Origin: Candidatus Eiseniibacteriota bacterium
GTDB taxonomy: Bacteria > Eisenbacteria > RBG-16-71-46 > JABDJR01
Reading direction: 5' to 3'
Assembly: GCA_963762255.1 (NCBI GenBank)
Contig: CAVXKA010000003.1
Coordinates: 480,001 to 544,000, forward strand
DNA length: 64,000 bases
Part shown: positions 1 to 10,830 of the stretch, in pieces
How positions within the stretch are numbered: position 1 is the first letter of the stretch
How the letters are laid out: every line of letters starts with the position of its first letter
Notes under the pieces: model-generated
Databases searched by the model: none
What the model saw: only the letters and a program-made list of their open reading frames with translations
What the model was told of the DNA's origin: nothing
Translations under genes and position numbers: made by a program

Positions 1-1
1 T

Positions 2-508
2 CCCCCCTCCGAGATCGCCGAGGAGCCATACATCCTTCCCCATCGGGATCCGGTCGCGCACCGCCAGGTGCACGAGCCGGGCCTCCTCGGCGGAGTCGAT
101 AACGTCGAGCTCGAGACCGGTGCGCTCGCGAACACGGGCGAGGAAATCCGCCGCGTTGGCGGCCTCGCGTACCGCGCTGGTGGCCACCGCGCGGTAGCCC
201 TGGATCCCCAAGCCGTCCATTCGCGCGCGGAATTCCGACAGGGCTTCCAGCGCGGCGTCCATGGCCTCCGTGGAGAGGCTCCCGCCGTCGAAGACACCCC
301 GCCCAAGACGCACGGGCGCTCGGGTGAAAGCAAGGCGGGTGGTGCGCCGCGCATTCACGAACACCGCGGCGGCGAATCGAATCGCGTTGGAGCCGACGTC
401 AATGACGGCGGCTCGGAAGGGATAGGGGGACGGGCCCGGCGCGGGCCGTGGAGTCCGACCGGAGGCGTGACGTGAAGCTCGGCTCGCGCCCGCGTGTGGA
501 GTTCTCAT
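2..508 (-). CDS. ppx: Ppx/GppA family exopolyphosphatase, N-terminal part (runs off the window edge)
   Basis: Not in the ORF track. Manual minus-strand translation from ATG at 508 gives ...AAVIDVGSNAIRF...PVRLGRGVF...RAVATSAVREAANAADFL...LELDVIDSAEEARL...LLGDLGGG, the Ppx/GppA ASKHA motifs. Confidence 0.9.
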   Translation of the reverse strand, partial: MRTPHAGASRASRHASGRTPRPAPGPSPYPFRAAVIDVGSNAIRFAAAVFVNARRTTRLAFTRAPVRLGRGVFDGGSLSTEAMDAALEALSEFRARMDGLGIQGYRAVATSAVREAANAADFLARVRERTGLELDVIDSAEEARLVHLAVRDRIPMGKDVWLLGDLGGG

Positions 509-615
509 CCCGCCAGTTATACGCGAGCGCATCGCGCTTTGCAGCCGGTTTGTCGTGTACACTCTGGATCCCGCCCGCTCGCCTCCCGCTCTCCCCGCCG
601 AAGGATCGGCGCTTC

Positions 616-2130
616 ATGCTCGCTCAAGTTCGAACCGTGGCCCTCTGGGGCATCGACGTTGTCCCCATCACCGTGGAGGTGGACGCCGGCGACGGCCTTC
701 CCCGCACCACCATCGTCGGCCTCCCCGACAGCACCGTGCGCGAGAGCCAGGAACGCCTGGTCGCCGCGTTCAAGCACTCCGGCTTCGAGCTTCCGCCCGG
801 CCGGGTGACGGTCAACCTCTCCCCCACCGATCTGCGAAAGAGCGGCTCGCACTACGATCTGCCCATCGCGATCGCATTACGTTTGGCGGCGGGGACGGCG
901 CCGCACGCGGGCGTCGACGGTCTCGTGTTCCTGGGCGAAGTCTCTCTGGACGGAACGCTGCGCCCCGTGACCGGCGTGCTCCCCGCCGCGCGCTGGGCGC
1001 GCAGGGTGGGCGCTCGCGGTCTGGTGGTGCCGGAGGAGAACCGCGCTGAGGCGGCGGCGGGGGGCGTCCCGGTGTGGCCCGTGCGCACGCTCGCCGACGC
1101 GTTCTCGGTGGTCTGGGAGGGGCGGCCCCCCGAGCCGCCGGAGGGCGATCTGCCCCCGCCGAGCGAGGAGAGCTGCGGCGATCTCGCGGACGTGCGCGGC
1201 CAGGCGCCGGCCAAGCGCGCTCTCGAAGTGGCGGCGGCCGGAGGGCACAATCTGCTCTTCGTGGGCCCGCCGGGCTCGGGCAAGACGATTCTCGCCCGGC
1301 GGGTTCCGGGATTGCTGCCCGCTCTGGACGGCGACGACGCCATCGAGGCCACCTGCATCCACTCCGCCGCGGGACTCCTCCGCCCGGGGCAAGGCCTGTT
1401 GCGCCTGCCTCCGTTTCGCGCGCCCCATCACACGATCTCGGCCACCGCGCTCGTCGGCGGCGGCCCCGCGCCGCGGCCGGGTGAAGTGAGCCTCGCCCAC
1501 CATGGCATCCTGTTTCTGGATGAGTTCGCCGAGTTTCGCCGCGACGCCATGGAGGCGCTTCGGCAGCCGCTGGAGGAGGGGCGCGCCGTGGTGGCAAGAG
1601 CGCGCTACACCGTGGCTTTTCCCGCACGATTCACGCTGGTCGCAGCAACGAATCCCTGCGCATGCGGGCACTCGGGCGATCCGCTGCGCGTCTGCCGCTG
1701 CACGCCGTTCCAGGTGGAACAGTACCGGCGACGCATTTCGGGCCCGTTGCTCGACCGCATCGACCTTCAGATCGAGGTTCCGCGCGTGCGCGTGGAGGAT
1801 CTGTCGTCGGGGGCGCGCGGCGAGCCGTCAGCGCGGGTTGCCGCGCGCGTGCGTGCGGCACGCGATCGGCAGGTGAAACGGCAGGGCCGGTTGAACGGTC
1901 ACCTGGGGTTGAAACCCACCGAGCGCTGGTGCCGCGCGGAGCCGGACGCGCAGCGCTTGCTCGAGCACGCGCTGGAGCGGTTCGGGCTGTCGGCGCGGGC
2001 CTGGCATCGCGTCCTGCGGGTGGCCCGCACGATCGCGGACCTGGAAGGCGGAGAGGCGATCCGAACCGCGCACATCGCCGAGGCTGTGCAGTACCGCGCG
2101 CTGGATCGGAGCACGGTGTTGAGGGACTGA
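616..2130 (+). CDS. comM: YifB/ComM family Mg-chelatase-like AAA+ ATPase
   Basis: IVGLPDSTVRES, VTVNLSP, GPPGSGKT Walker A, PFRAPHH, GEVSLAHHGILFLDE, NPCACG, ISGPLLDRID. ATG at 616 (MLAQV) is the likely start. Confidence 0.93.
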   Translation: MLAQVRTVALWGIDVVPITVEVDAGDGLPRTTIVGLPDSTVRESQERLVAAFKHSGFELPPGRVTVNLSPTDLRKSGSHYDLPIAIALRLAAGTAPHAGVDGLVFLGEVSLDGTLRPVTGVLPAARWARRVGARGLVVPEENRAEAAAGGVPVWPVRTLADAFSVVWEGRPPEPPEGDLPPPSEESCGDLADVRGQAPAKRALEVAAAGGHNLLFVGPPGSGKTILARRVPGLLPALDGDDAIEATCIHSAAGLLRPGQGLLRLPPFRAPHHTISATALVGGGPAPRPGEVSLAHHGILFLDEFAEFRRDAMEALRQPLEEGRAVVARARYTVAFPARFTLVAATNPCACGHSGDPLRVCRCTPFQVEQYRRRISGPLLDRIDLQIEVPRVRVEDLSSGARGEPSARVAARVRAARDRQVKRQGRLNGHLGLKPTERWCRAEPDAQRLLEHALERFGLSARAWHRVLRVARTIADLEGGEAIRTAHIAEAVQYRALDRSTVLRD

Positions 2131-2179
2131 CCGGACTAGCGGGCGTCGGAATCCAAATCCCCGGCCTCGGGGCGTCCAT

Positions 2180-2560
2180 CTATCCATTGGGCCTTTGGCT
2201 AAGCAGACCCGCGACCGTGGCAAGGAGGCCGGCGAAATCGAACGGCTTGGTAATGTAATCGTCCGCGCCGGAAGCCAGGCCGCGGAGACGCTCGGCTTCC
2301 ATGGTCTCACCGGAGACTAGGACGATCTTGGTGGATTCGAGGTAGTCCCGCTTCCGCATCTGCCGGCACGTCTCGACGCCGTCGATTCCATGCATCCTCA
2401 TGTCCATCAGGATGAGGTCGGGACGGAACTGCTCCGCTGATTCCAGCGCCTCCTCGCCGCTGGCGGCGGTCGCCAGTTCGTAGGCGTCCCCCAGCATCTC
2501 CTCCATAATGGCCCGGATCATGGGATCGTCATCGACGACCAAGACCCTTCCGTTTCGCAT
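2180..2560 (-). CDS. Single-domain response regulator (receiver only)
   Basis: VLVVDDD, PDLILMD (phospho-Asp), GADDYITKPF; no output domain. Confidence 0.92.
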   Translation of the reverse strand: MRNGRVLVVDDDPMIRAIMEEMLGDAYELATAASGEEALESAEQFRPDLILMDMRMHGIDGVETCRQMRKRDYLESTKIVLVSGETMEAERLRGLASGADDYITKPFDFAGLLATVAGLLSQRPNG

Positions 2561-2606
2561 GCTATCAACCTCCGCTGCCGCAACCGGTCGCCCGACCGGC
2601 CACGCT

Positions 2607-5600
2607 TCAGTCCGTGATCATGACGTCCACGCGATCGTTCCCGCCGTGAACCTTGATGAGCCGATCGACTTCGTCCAGGAGCCGAACCGCGAGGACCGGG
2701 GCCCGACTCAGGTTGTTCTCCGCGCCCAGGACCTCCAACTCCGCCGCGATCCGGCTGACATCCAGGGCCGACACGCTGGCCGCGGACCCCTTCAGCCGAT
2801 GTGCGGAGCTGCTCAGCGCGGCGGCATCCTGCCGGCCCGCCGAATCCGCGACGTCCTGCGCGTAGGACCGCACGAGGGCCAGAAACATCTGCACAAGACG
2901 CTCGGCCATGACGGTCTTGCCCATGCATCGATGCACAAGGCTCGGGAAGTCGATCGGATCCCCTGGCGGCGCGGGGAGGGGCGAAGTCGGAGCTTCGATC
3001 GAGGTCGTATCGCAAGCCGAAACATCCTCGAGGATGACGGGCGCATTTCGGGCCGCTGGCTCTCGCTCGGGGGCCTTCATCCACTGCATCAGGGTGTCGG
3101 CGAGCTTATCGGGATCCAGGGGCTTGGTCAGGAAATCGTCCATGCCGGCGTGGAGGCAGAACGTCGCGATCCCCCTTCATCGCGTGCGCGGTGAGAGCGA
3201 TGATGGGCACGCGCCGCCTACCGGTCGGCCCGGCTTCCGTCCTCTCCCACTCCCGGATGATCCCCGTCGCCTCATAGCCGTCCATGATCGGCATCTGGCA
3301 GTCCATCAGGACGAGATCCGCCCGCCCCGCCCGGACCGCTTCGATAGCCTCACGTCCGTTGACGGCGTGGAGACACGTGAAGCCCAACTCAGCGATCAGC
3401 TCGCTCGCGACCTCGCGGTTGATCTCGTTGTCTTCCGCAAGCAGAACCACCCCGTCCCGCCTCGTTTGGGTCAACGCAGGCGCCGCTGGGAGCGGGACGG
3501 GTTTGGGGTGTCGGACAACCGACACGGCGCCGCTCGCCGCGGTCACGACGGCGTCGTAGAGCTCCGAGGCGCGAGCGGGCTTGGGGACAGAGGCCGCGAA
3601 AAGCGAGACCGCGTCGTCCGCGGCAACCTGCAACTGCGCTACGCCGCTGAGGAGAACGAGACCGGTGCCGCGGAGGGCCGGATCTTCCTTGATCAATTGA
3701 GCCATGGCGATGCCATCCACTCCCGGCATTCTCCAGTCCAGGATGGCCACGTGGAACGGCCTTCTCTCTCGGACGGCCGCGCGGAGCGCTTCCAGACCCG
3801 ATGCGGCGTCCGGTGCGACCTGCGCGATCCCCTTCCAGGAGGTGATGGTCTCGGACACGATGCCCAGGGTCGTTTGGCAATCGTCGACGATGAGGACGCG
3901 AAGTCCCTTCAGGCCGCAGGGAGCGGAAGCGTTTGTGATCGCCTCGGCGTCCGCCCGCTTGAGCCGGGCCGTGAACCAGAAATTGGAGCCGCAGCCGGGC
4001 TCACTCTCCACGCCGATGTCCCCGCCCATGAGTTCGCAGAGTTGGCGGCAGATGGCCAGGCCGAGGCCCGTTCCACCGTGGATTCGGGACATGGAGCTGT
4101 CCACCTGGGAGAACGCGTCGAACACCATCTCCTGCTTCTCAGGGGCGATGCCGCACCCGGTGTCGCGAACCGAGAAACACAGGACGGCGACATCGGGCAG
4201 ATCCTCCTGCAACGCGCACGTGAGAGTGACTTCCCCGCGCTCCGTGAACTTCAGAGCGTTCCCGATGAGGTTGACCAGGATCTGCCGGAGCCGCTCGGGA
4301 TCTCCGCGCAGCAGTCGCGGGACTCCGCTCTCGAGTCGACAGGCAAGCTCGACTCCGCCGGCCTCCGCCCTCTCCGCAAAGACACTCACCGCCGCGTCCA
4401 TCACGTCGGGCATCGAGAACGCGGATTCCTGCAACTCCATGCGGCCCGCTTCGATCTTCGAGAAGTCGAGTACGTCTCCGATCACGGTGAGGAGCGTGCC
4501 GGCCGCCGTGACGGCGCTGGTGACGTATCGGTCCTGCCTCGCGTCCAGTTCGGTCCGATGGAGCAGATGGAGCATCCCCATGACCCCGGTGATGGGAGTG
4601 CGGATCTCGTGGCTCATGTTGGCAAGGAATTGCGATTTCGCCTCGCTCGCCGCCTCCGCCGCTTCCTTGGCCAGAATAAGAGCCTTCCGTCCATCGTCCC
4701 GCTCGATCGCCGCCCCCAGGGTATGTGCAGCGGCACGGAAGCTCGTGATCTCAGCATCGGACCAGATCCGTTCGTGCCGACATTCAACCACGCCGATCGT
4801 CCCCCACCACCGGCCCGCCACGTGGATGGGAACCAGGGCCAGAGAGCGAATGCCTAGGGCCGACAAGGGATCCCATTCGCTCTTGGGGAAGTCCGACTTC
4901 GTCCCCACCAGAGGTTGGCCGCCGCTGAGGATCGGCACCCAGCGTCCGAGGCCGGCTCCCTCGTAGGGCAAGTTCTGCAGCAGGGGGTCGTTCAACTCGG
5001 ACACGGCGTGGAAAGTGACCCACTCGTAGCGCTGGCTCATCCCGAGCCCCTTGCCCGGCACGTCGTGGTTCTCAAAGACACGCACGCGGCTGACATCTGC
5101 GGCTCGACCGAGGCGGCCAAGCACCTCCTGGATTACGTTCTTCCAGTCATCCGCGGAGAGGAACTGTTGCGCGGCAAAGCGAACCGCCTGCAGCATCGTG
5201 TCGCGCTGGAGAAGAGACTCCGTCATCCGGTTGAAGCTCGCACCCAGTTCTCCGACTTCGTCTTCGGAGGAGACGCTCGCCCGAACAGAGAGGTCGCCCT
5301 CGGCCAGCTTCAACACGGCCTTGCGCAATCGCATGATGGGCCGGGTGAGCTGACGGGCATAGAGGATCGATGCCAGGAAGCCGAGGATCAGGCAGAGGAC
5401 CACGGCGAGGCTCGTCCGGCTGTAGAGTGCGTGGACATTTTCCGTGTAGCTGCGCAACGACAACCCGACGTGGATCCACCCCCACTGAATGCCGGAGTAG
5501 TCGAAGGGCCGCGAGTAGTGATACACGTCGGTCAGGGCCGTGCCGGCCCGGCGGATGGATCCGCGCGCCACGCGCTCGCTCGGGAGCCAGGGACCGGCGA

Positions 5601-5979
5601 GTTCTTCGGTTCGCCAGCCCGTTCGATCGTGGATGAGTGAGAAACCGTCCTTGCGGGTCAGCACGAGATACTCGATGGATTCATCCTCGGCCAGGATGCG
5701 CGTGCAGTGGTCGACGATCGTGCTGTAGTCCTCGGAAACGGCGGCCCCGGCCGCGACATCCTGTAGCGATGCGGCCACGCCGTGAGCCTTGGAGGCCAGG
5801 TTTTCCAATAGGGCCGTGCGCTGACCCGGGACCACGAGGGCGATGAAGATACCCAGAGTCGCCATGGCCAAGAGCCACGAGAGCAGGGCCGTGCGGGCGA
5901 GGATGCCGAGGGAGCGGCGCGGCCGGCGGAGGGGCCACGTCGGCCGCCGGACGACGGCGCTGGAAGTCCCCGCGGTCAT
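2607..5979 (-). CDS. Hybrid sensor histidine kinase (TM-periplasmic-HAMP-GAF-HisKA-HATPase-REC-REC-Hpt), frameshifted near 3160
   Basis: [13 protein letters not shown]-box, [23 protein letters not shown] and two receivers. [12 protein letters not shown] continues in another frame as [13 protein letters not shown] and then Hpt (AHRLKGSA), joining ORFs 3106..6060 and 2607..3143. Start ATG 5979 overlaps the upstream stop (ATGA). Confidence 0.88.
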
Positions 5980-6953
5980 CGGCCCCCTCCATCCGCAGCG
6001 CGTTCCGGCCCGGCCGTCGGAGTGACCCGGGCACTCGCCTTGACTCCGAGGCGACTCCACGTCTGCATCAGCTCACGGCTGGTCTCCAGCGCACCGGGAG
6101 AGAGGATAACCACACCACCGCACTGCATCAGGTCCAGGATCTGCCGCCCGGCGGCGCTGCTGTTCAAGTTGAGGATCGCATCGATCAGATTCTGGCGAAA
6201 ATGCGGCCTGAAATCGCGCCGGAGGAACGAGACCATCGGGATTACACCCGGCGATTTCTCGAGAACGCGAAGATCCCTTCCCACCTGGGGATTCAACTCC
6301 GCCATGGTCTGGAAACCATCACGGGTGACGAGGCAGGCCTTCGCTTGTCCGAAGAAGACCGGTAGCACGACCGCGGAGAGCTTGATGTTGGGTTCGATCC
6401 TGCCGAAGAAATCCGCCGCCGATCCGATCCCCCGCTCCGCCAGCCGCAGTTCCACCCAGGGAATGGCCAGCGATGTACGAGGGCTATCGAATGTCCTGAG
6501 GTCCGCTCCGCGGAGATCGGTGAGTTGTTTGTAGGCGCTCTCGCGCCGGACCAGAATGACGTACTCGACGGTACACACCCCACCCTGGTTTACGGCGAAG
6601 ACCGGATCGGCATCCAGCCGGTCTTCGAACCGGAGGTAATCGAGCATGGTCAAGCTGCCGAGATCGGCGCGTTTCGCTTCGAAGAGCTTGACCACCGTTT
6701 CCGCGTCCGGGAAGACCTCAACGTCGGAATACGCGTTGACCGCCATCTCATCGGCCAAGGCCCTGCCCCAGACCTTGATCGCTGCCTTGATGTCGTTCTC
6801 TGCAATCTGCCGGAAAATGCTTGCGGTGTATGCGACACGCACCGGGATGGCGTCGGATCCGCGCAGGGGATCCGGACTTCCGGCCTCTGCCGATCCGAGA
6901 AGGACGGGAAACAATACCGCTGTAATCAGGCCGATTCGCCCGCCGAGGGTCAT
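5976..6953 (-). CDS. PhnD/SsuA-like periplasmic substrate-binding protein, paralogue 2
   Basis: Signal peptide [18 protein letters not shown]; [41 protein letters not shown]; ATGA coupling at both ends. Confidence 0.75.
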   Translation of the reverse strand: MTLGGRIGLITAVLFPVLLGSAEAGSPDPLRGSDAIPVRVAYTASIFRQIAENDIKAAIKVWGRALADEMAVNAYSDVEVFPDAETVVKLFEAKRADLGSLTMLDYLRFEDRLDADPVFAVNQGGVCTVEYVILVRRESAYKQLTDLRGADLRTFDSPRTSLAIPWVELRLAERGIGSAADFFGRIEPNIKLSAVVLPVFFGQAKACLVTRDGFQTMAELNPQVGRDLRVLEKSPGVIPMVSFLRRDFRPHFRQNLIDAILNLNSSAAGRQILDLMQCGGVVILSPGALETSRELMQTWSRLGVKASARVTPTAGPERAADGGGR

Positions 6954-7912
6954 CGCCCACCGCCTGCGGGTGCATTGCGAGAGGCCCCGGTTCCCCGTTG
7001 CGCTTTCAGTCGTTGATAGGTCGCAAGAAGCTGGCGCGCTCCATCGATCTCTGAGGCAGGGATTTCGGCGAGTGTGTCCACATGAAAGAGGTTGAGGAGT
7101 TGCTTTCCGGAGGGAGTCGTATGCCACAACTTGACTTCTTCCTGCAGATTGATCGCCAGCGCCTCGTCGGTCCTGGCCCGGATATAGGACAGAGAAGGCA
7201 ACAACCTGGGGGAGGTCGCAAGGACTCGAAGCTGACTGCCGACCTGGGGATTCATTTCACTCAGGGTTTCCAACCCGCCGCGGGTGACGACACATGCGTC
7301 GGCCTGCCGAAAGAAGACCGGTAAGACGACGTCGGACAGCTTCCTCACCTGGGTCACCTGCGCGAAGTGTCCGCTCGCCGGCGGAAGGCCTTCCCCAAGC
7401 AGTATGGTGTCCAGCCACAGTGGAGCCAGACAAGCCAGCGAGTTCTCATGCATGCGAACGGTCCGTCCCTTCAGCCCGGCCAAGTCGCGAATGTTCGCGT
7501 CCTGATGAACCAAGAGCAGGTATTCCACCAGGTACTCACCACCGGCGATGCCGGCAATGACACTGGCCTGTTCCGGGTTCATGCCAAGCCCCAAGTACTC
7601 GTCCACGGTCAGGGTGATGAGATCGAGCTGACCGGTCTCCAATGCGGCGGCGAGAGCCGCAAGGCCGTCGACGACCTGCGCGTCGGGTTCCGCCTGGATG
7701 TGGCGATCGCGAGCCAGAGCCGCGGCCCACGCCTTGACCGCCGCCTTGGCGTCGCTCTCATGAACATCGGTGAACATTCGGGAGGAAAAGACCAGGCGGA
7801 ATCGCACGGGTGCGCTCGTCGGGCCTTCCGCCTGGACCGTCGCCGCCTGCGCCAGGCAAGCCAGCAGAAGGGCAGCGGTGCACCACCACGAGCGCATCGG
7901 CGTCGACCTCAA
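6950..7912 (-). CDS. PhnD/SsuA-like periplasmic substrate-binding protein, paralogue 1
   Basis: Signal peptide; [41 protein letters not shown]; clearly paralogous to the neighbouring gene. Confidence 0.75.
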   Translation of the reverse strand: MRSTPMRSWWCTAALLLACLAQAATVQAEGPTSAPVRFRLVFSSRMFTDVHESDAKAAVKAWAAALARDRHIQAEPDAQVVDGLAALAAALETGQLDLITLTVDEYLGLGMNPEQASVIAGIAGGEYLVEYLLLVHQDANIRDLAGLKGRTVRMHENSLACLAPLWLDTILLGEGLPPASGHFAQVTQVRKLSDVVLPVFFRQADACVVTRGGLETLSEMNPQVGSQLRVLATSPRLLPSLSYIRARTDEALAINLQEEVKLWHTTPSGKQLLNLFHVDTLAEIPASEIDGARQLLATYQRLKAQRGTGASRNAPAGGGR

Positions 7913-9378
7913 CGACCCGGCTCCAGAAGCCTCGCGACTTCCGTGCCGACCACCAGATCGAGGCGGGACCGAAGCACCAGCCGGTCATAGCGCGTCTTGT
8001 AGTGTTGGGCCTGCATGAGAGCCTCCACCAATTGCGCCCGGATGACGTCCTCCGTCTCCACCAGCTCGTTCTGGTAGGCCCGCGTATTCAGATCGCGGTT
8101 CTCCTCGGCTGCCTGCATCGCGTCCAGCGTCGCCTGGTACTGCTTCTGCGTGGCACTCAGGCCCAGCAGGATTTCCTTCACCCGGATGCCGATCCCCTCA
8201 TGCAGGAGAAGGCCCTTCTCGTTCGTCTCGTTCCATCTCGCGCGGGCTTCGGCCACACGATTGCGGGTCAGGAATCCGTCAAAGAGGGAAACCTCCATCA
8301 TCACACCGATGGTCCAGCCGCCCTTGTTCTTGCTGGTGGCCATGCCCGACTCCATATCGTTCCACCACCCGTGCAGATCGCCTGTCAGCGCGACCCTCGG
8401 GAAGTACTGGCTCTCGGCAGTCCGCACGGCGCCATCCAGCGCCTTGAGACCGGCCTCCAACTTTCCCCAGTCCGGGCTGAATTCGTAGGCGGACCTGACG
8501 AGTTGATCGAGGTCGGCGTCAAAGGGTTCAAACGGGATCTGCGTCGCCGCGGGACGCGCGCTCTCGCTCCAGGGCAAACCCATGCTGTTGGCCAGCGCGG
8601 CCCGGGCCATCGCTTCGTTCTTCTCCAGCACCGCCACCATGGCGCGGATCGACTCGACCATGATCTTGTTGTCGAGGAAGTCGGTCTTCTTGACCGTGCC
8701 GGAGCCCTCCTTGTACATCGTCTCCGTCAGGTCCAACGTGGCCTGCATGCGCTCGAGGGTGAGGGTGCCGATCTCCCGCAGTTGCCGCGCCAGCACCGCG
8801 CCGTAGTAGTAGCGCTTGACCGTATCGACGATTTCGAGGTCGGTGCGGCGGGCCTCGTGCCGTTGCATCTCGAGCTGCCCCTGGGACTGTTCGCGATACC
8901 CTTTCCGCATCCCCCCGTCCCAGAGGAGCCACACCAGATTGGCGGACCCGAGGAACGAGTCAGGGTCCATGAGCGTCACGTCTTGCTCCGGGATCGGAAA
9001 GGCGAGTCCGGCCCCGGAGCCCTGTAAGTCGATCGTGATGCTGCTCGCCGGGAAGAGGAAGTCGGGGGATTCATCCAGGTGCTGGAAGCCCCCCTTGAGT
9101 TGAACCTGCGGCCAATATCCGGCGAGAGCCTGCCTGTGCTGCGCCTCCGCTGCGGCCACGGCGAACTGCGAGGCAGGGCGCAGGTGAGTGGTCTTGAGTG
9201 CGGCGTCGATGCACTCTTCCAGGGTCCATTCCCGTCCCGACACCGAAGACTCCCCAAGCGTCGCCGCCTCGTGTGCGCACGCGACATCGAGAAGCGGGGC
9301 AAGGAGTAGCAGAGTTACAGCGACAACCCCAACGACAGTTGAAGCAGTTCGGATCCGTCCGAAGTCTATCGCGGCCAC
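7909..9378 (-). CDS. TolC family outer-membrane channel
   Basis: Signal peptide, WTLEECIDAAL, two OEP repeats (ALAGYWPQVQL / ESQYFPRVAL; LWDGG / LFDG); GGAGG RBS before the GTG start. Confidence 0.88.
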   Translation of the reverse strand: MAAIDFGRIRTASTVVGVVAVTLLLLAPLLDVACAHEAATLGESSVSGREWTLEECIDAALKTTHLRPASQFAVAAAEAQHRQALAGYWPQVQLKGGFQHLDESPDFLFPASSITIDLQGSGAGLAFPIPEQDVTLMDPDSFLGSANLVWLLWDGGMRKGYREQSQGQLEMQRHEARRTDLEIVDTVKRYYYGAVLARQLREIGTLTLERMQATLDLTETMYKEGSGTVKKTDFLDNKIMVESIRAMVAVLEKNEAMARAALANSMGLPWSESARPAATQIPFEPFDADLDQLVRSAYEFSPDWGKLEAGLKALDGAVRTAESQYFPRVALTGDLHGWWNDMESGMATSKNKGGWTIGVMMEVSLFDGFLTRNRVAEARARWNETNEKGLLLHEGIGIRVKEILLGLSATQKQYQATLDAMQAAEENRDLNTRAYQNELVETEDVIRAQLVEALMQAQHYKTRYDRLVLRSRLDLVVGTEVARLLEPGR

Positions 9379-9524
9379 TCTGAGCCTCCTTCAAGGTCGT
9401 CGCGCGCCGCGATCCGGCCAAATCCGTTCCGGGCAAGAGCGCTGACCCGCAGGACAGGAAGGTGGGGAGTGAACACTTCCCGTGTCTTGGTTCCAGGCCG
9501 CGCCGGACAAGTACCTACGCACTG

Positions 9525-9552
9525 AGATCGGCCTGAGAACCGCAATCACTTA
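9525..9552 (-). promoter_or_regulatory. Possible sigma-28 (FliA)-type promoter for the TolC/SBP/kinase operon
   Basis: Minus strand reads TAAG-N16-GCCGATCT against consensus TAAA-N15-GCCGATAA, about 150 nt upstream of the tolC start. Imperfect match. Confidence 0.3.
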
Positions 9553-9808
9553 GACGGGATTGGGAGAATGTGCCTTCTGTCGAGGTCGAAGTCACGGAGC
9601 CGGTTGACTCGGTCGAGCAAGGCCGCCGACGGAATGGAATTCCACAGTCAATTTCCACTTCCTGATCATGCAATTATCAATCCTAGGTGTCAGAGTGGCA
9701 CCTCCGTGCCGCCCACACGCGCGCGTGGCCGGACCAGAGAGGCGGGGGTGCAGCCTCGGACCTCCAAGTTCTTCCAAGGACACAGACCGGAAGTCACCGT
9801 GAATCATC

Positions 9809-9843
9809 AAAAAAGCCGCCCCCGGCAAGGCCGGGGGCGGCTT
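9809..9843 (-). terminator. Rho-independent terminator
   Basis: Perfect stem AAGCCGCCCCCGG / CCGGGGGCGGCTT with a T-run on the minus strand, just after the stop at 9869. Confidence 0.85.
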
Positions 9844-9868
9844 GGGAAACTGGGATCTTCAGAACCGT

Positions 9869-10659
9869 CTAGTACTGGGACTTGATCTTGCCCCAGGTGG
9901 TCTCCTGGACCGCGATCGGATCCAGAGGCTCGAACTCGATGTTCGTCCAAGAGACATGCAGCGAATCCAGACCGGACTGTCCTAGGAAGTACTGCATGTA
10001 CCCGCCGGCACGCGCGATGCTCAGGATACCCCAGGAGCCGTGACCTTCGGCCGCATTGCCCTCGTCCATCGGCAGGGGGCCGCTGGAGTAGGTGTTGCTG
10101 TTGTAGACAACGGTGTAGGTCATCGTGCCGGGGTGGGCCGCATCCAGCCAGTTCGCCTGGTACAGGAGTTCCAGGTGGATCACGTCACCGCGCACGTAGC
10201 TGATGCCGTGGCTGGCAGTGAAGGAGTAGAAAGGAAGACGGCCACCGAAGACCGCGATCTCGCCGTCGCCGACGCGAACGTTGAACCGGCCGTCGACATC
10301 CAGCGACCACCACGGGGAGAGCATTTCAAACCGGCTTCACCCTGCCCGAGGCCGGTGATCTGCAGATCCGCAGCCATGCGGAAGGAGTCTTGGTTCCAGA
10401 GCGGACACGCGGTGGCGCCGAGGTCGTTGGAGAAGCTCCAGGTGTGCAGGTTGGCCCAACCGGTATAGCCGACGTTGACATCGTCGTACCAGATCTCGGT
10501 CGGATAGTTGTTCAGCGAGGTGAGAACCGTGAAAGGACCGTCGTTGAACACGCGAGGAATCAGGATCGCGCTGTTCATGACCGCCGTCGCGGAAGCGATG
10601 GCGGGCGTCAGGGTCGCGAGCAGCGCGACCCCCAGGACCAAGTAGCTGATTCGTCTCAT
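9869..10659 (-). CDS. Secreted beta-rich protein with C-terminal TTWGKIKSQY motif, frameshifted near 10325
   Basis: GGAGG RBS and signal peptide MRRISYLVLG..ASA. ORF 10180..10659 (..GEAGL) continues in ORF 9869..10324 (LSPWWSLDVDGRFNVR..PIAVQETTWGKIKSQY). Confidence 0.8.
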
Positions 10660-10749
10660 CGTTGCGTTACCTCCTCAGCGTATGTTGCTGTGCGCATCGT
10701 GGCGCGCGAGATCCGGGTGACTTGACGCTCCCATCCCCGCGCACCTTGT

Positions 10750-10758
10750 ATTGTACCA
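10750..10758 (-). promoter_or_regulatory. Extended -10 promoter element (TGnTACAAT)
   Basis: Minus strand TGGTACAAT about 90 nt upstream of the ATG at 10659, in an AT-richer intergenic stretch. Confidence 0.4.
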
Positions 10759-10830
10759 GTTTCCCTATCCACCAAACCAACGCTCTTCATGCAAGAGCAC
10801 CAAAATCGACCTTTAGATGACCCGTCCGCC

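Noticed and set aside
68-475. 135-aa plus-strand ORF
   Set aside because: Antisense to the ppx gene, which has clear family motifs.
2607-3143. Stand-alone Hpt protein
   Set aside because: It begins mid-receiver (MDDFLTKP), so it is the frameshifted C-terminus of the hybrid kinase.
9380-9808. Long intergenic region examined for a riboswitch, sRNA or small ORF
   Set aside because: No recognisable aptamer, tRNA or convincing ORF by eye. An Rfam/Infernal search would be needed to exclude one.
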